Source: Clostridia bacterium | GTDB taxonomy: Bacteria; Bacillota; Clostridia; Saccharofermentanales; DTU023 | Direction: 5' to 3' | Assembly (NCBI GenBank): GCA_040766025.1 | Contig: JAXGRH010000003.1 | Location: 95,074 to 159,073 of the forward strand | Length of the DNA: 64,000 nt | Notes under the pieces: model-generated | The model's database searches: none | What the model saw: the letters and a program-made list of their open reading frames with translations, nothing else | What the model was told of the DNA's origin: nothing | Shown: one piece after another, positions 62,801-64,000 of the stretch | How the letters are laid out: every line of letters begins with the position of its first letter | Position numbering within the stretch: the first letter of the stretch is position 1 | Program-made: the position numbers and the translations under genes

Positions 62801-63581
62801 CTATTTCTTCTTAGCGACATCGTTTAAAATTTCTTTTTCTTTTTTAAGATAATTTCGAAGCAAGCGCGGCGCTTTAATCTTTTTGCCAAAACTCTCCTCA
62901 AAATCAAGACGGCGTTGGGCTTCAGCTTTCAACAATTCCTCCTCGAAAGCCAAAGGACCGCTAAAGCCGAACTGCCGGAACAACCATTTACTAAACATAG
63001 GGTTCAGCACAAGAAACGGGCCCAATAGACTTGTCCCGAAAAAATTACGGACGCGCACACCCTCAGTATCAATGTCAGGATTCATACCACTGCCAAAGAG
63101 CACCTCGAGAAAAGGATACTTGCCCGCATCCCCCGTATGAGTTGTAAACTGCGAGCGAAAACCCATGACGGGTATCTCATTGAACAAAGCGTCGACAACC
63201 TCATTTTGCCGGTCGTAACGGCGACAAGATCGTGTCGAAAGGAAAAATTTCGAGCCCCTCCACCGTCTCGTATTCAACATAGCGGATGGAACGACCTACA
63301 AGATCCATCGCGTTGCCCGCAAAAAAGAACACCGTGCCTTTTTGAATCGCTTGTTCAAAATTATCTCTATGTTCCCGCCAGCGCTCAAGGACCAACCGCT
63401 GAACACTTTCAGGCATCGGCCCCATATAAACAAAATCAACATCGCCCTGAAAGAAACGGGGCAGTTCGGGGAAGCGCGTGCGGATAAGCTGATCCTCTCC
63501 AAAGGTATGCGCTAACAATTGTTGCGTGCCGTGCTCTCCCAAAAGGTTCGCCAATTCACCGTAGACAATTTCAATCTTCAT
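62801..63581 (-). CDS. GatD/CobQ-like glutamine amidotransferase homologue with degenerate active site; frameshift near 63220
   Basis: MKIEIVYGELANLLGEHG, DFVYMG, FAGNAMDLVG, GLEIFPF, EGVRVRNFFGTSLLGPFLVLNP; directly downstream of the murT-like gene. Confidence 0.75.
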
Positions 63582-63582
63582 C

Positions 63583-64000
63583 TCATTTCCCCCCACTTTC
63601 AGACAGGCCGAGAACCCGTTGGCTCTTGACGGCTTCCATGACCTTCTTGGCGACAGGGGCCGAATAAAGTTCGTATAGAATGGCGATAGTTTCAGGATCT
63701 TTTGTTTTTGCGATGTACTTTGCGGTGTCAAGCTTGTCGCGGCAGGTGATGATCTTCTCTTCAGGCACCCCCTGGAACAGGAGTGCGATTCGGATATCCT
63801 CCGAGCGCCTCCCACCCACGATGACGCGTTTGACATCCGGATCGGTGAGTATGCTGAGCTCCGCGTCGTAAATCCAAGCCGCGTTATCCTCTTCGCTCAT
63901 CTTGTCAACACTCGTATCGACTAAAAGAATGAACTGTTTCTTGCCCGGAAGTTTATCGACCGCGTCGAGCACGCGGCTCACCGCGATAGGGTTTTTCCCC
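63583..64000 (-). CDS. MurT-like ligase, C-terminal DUF1727 domain; 5' part outside the window
   Basis: GKNPIA, NAAWIYDAE, VGGRRSEDIRIALLFQGV, upstream of the gatD homologue. Confidence 0.72.
   Translation of the reverse strand, partial: GKNPIAVSRVLDAVDKLPGKKQFILLVDTSVDKMSEEDNAAWIYDAELSILTDPDVKRVIVGGRRSEDIRIALLFQGVPEEKIITCRDKLDTAKYIAKTKDPETIAILYELYSAPVAKKVMEAVKSQRVLGLSESGGK

Overview
A 64 kb stretch of bacterial chromosome, most likely from an anaerobic, amino-acid- and nucleoside-scavenging Clostridia-type firmicute (inferred from gene content). It is mostly housekeeping and metabolic genes: hutU, a ROK kinase, an XdhC gene with a type II metal-chelate ABC importer, mgtE, ridA, lpdA, two BMP-type nucleoside ABC importers, a threonine synthase, lplA, mazG-S4-divIC-nfo, aspS-gatA-gatB, sbcDC, a serine cluster, dusB, a tryptophanase-like lyase, an EF-G paralogue, sod, a PPIase and murT/gatD. 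Many genes, including normally essential ones such as gatB, carry single-base frameshifts, so this is probably an unpolished long-read assembly and frameshifts are not proof of pseudogenes. I found no rRNA, tRNA, CRISPR array, integrase or transposase. Main points of interest: (1) an AT-richer island at ~25.7-29.6 kb with a coupled MazG-like pyrophosphohydrolase and DUF2075 nuclease-helicase pair (candidate defence system) plus an unknown divergent gene; (2) a MurT/GatD pair in which the glutaminase catalytic residues appear to be replaced; (3) an AspRS-GatC fusion; (4) a THEP1-type NTPase fused to a FecCD permease next to XdhC; (5) abrupt G/C-skew reversals at ~26-30 kb and ~60-61 kb. All family assignments come from motifs read by eye; no database searches were run.
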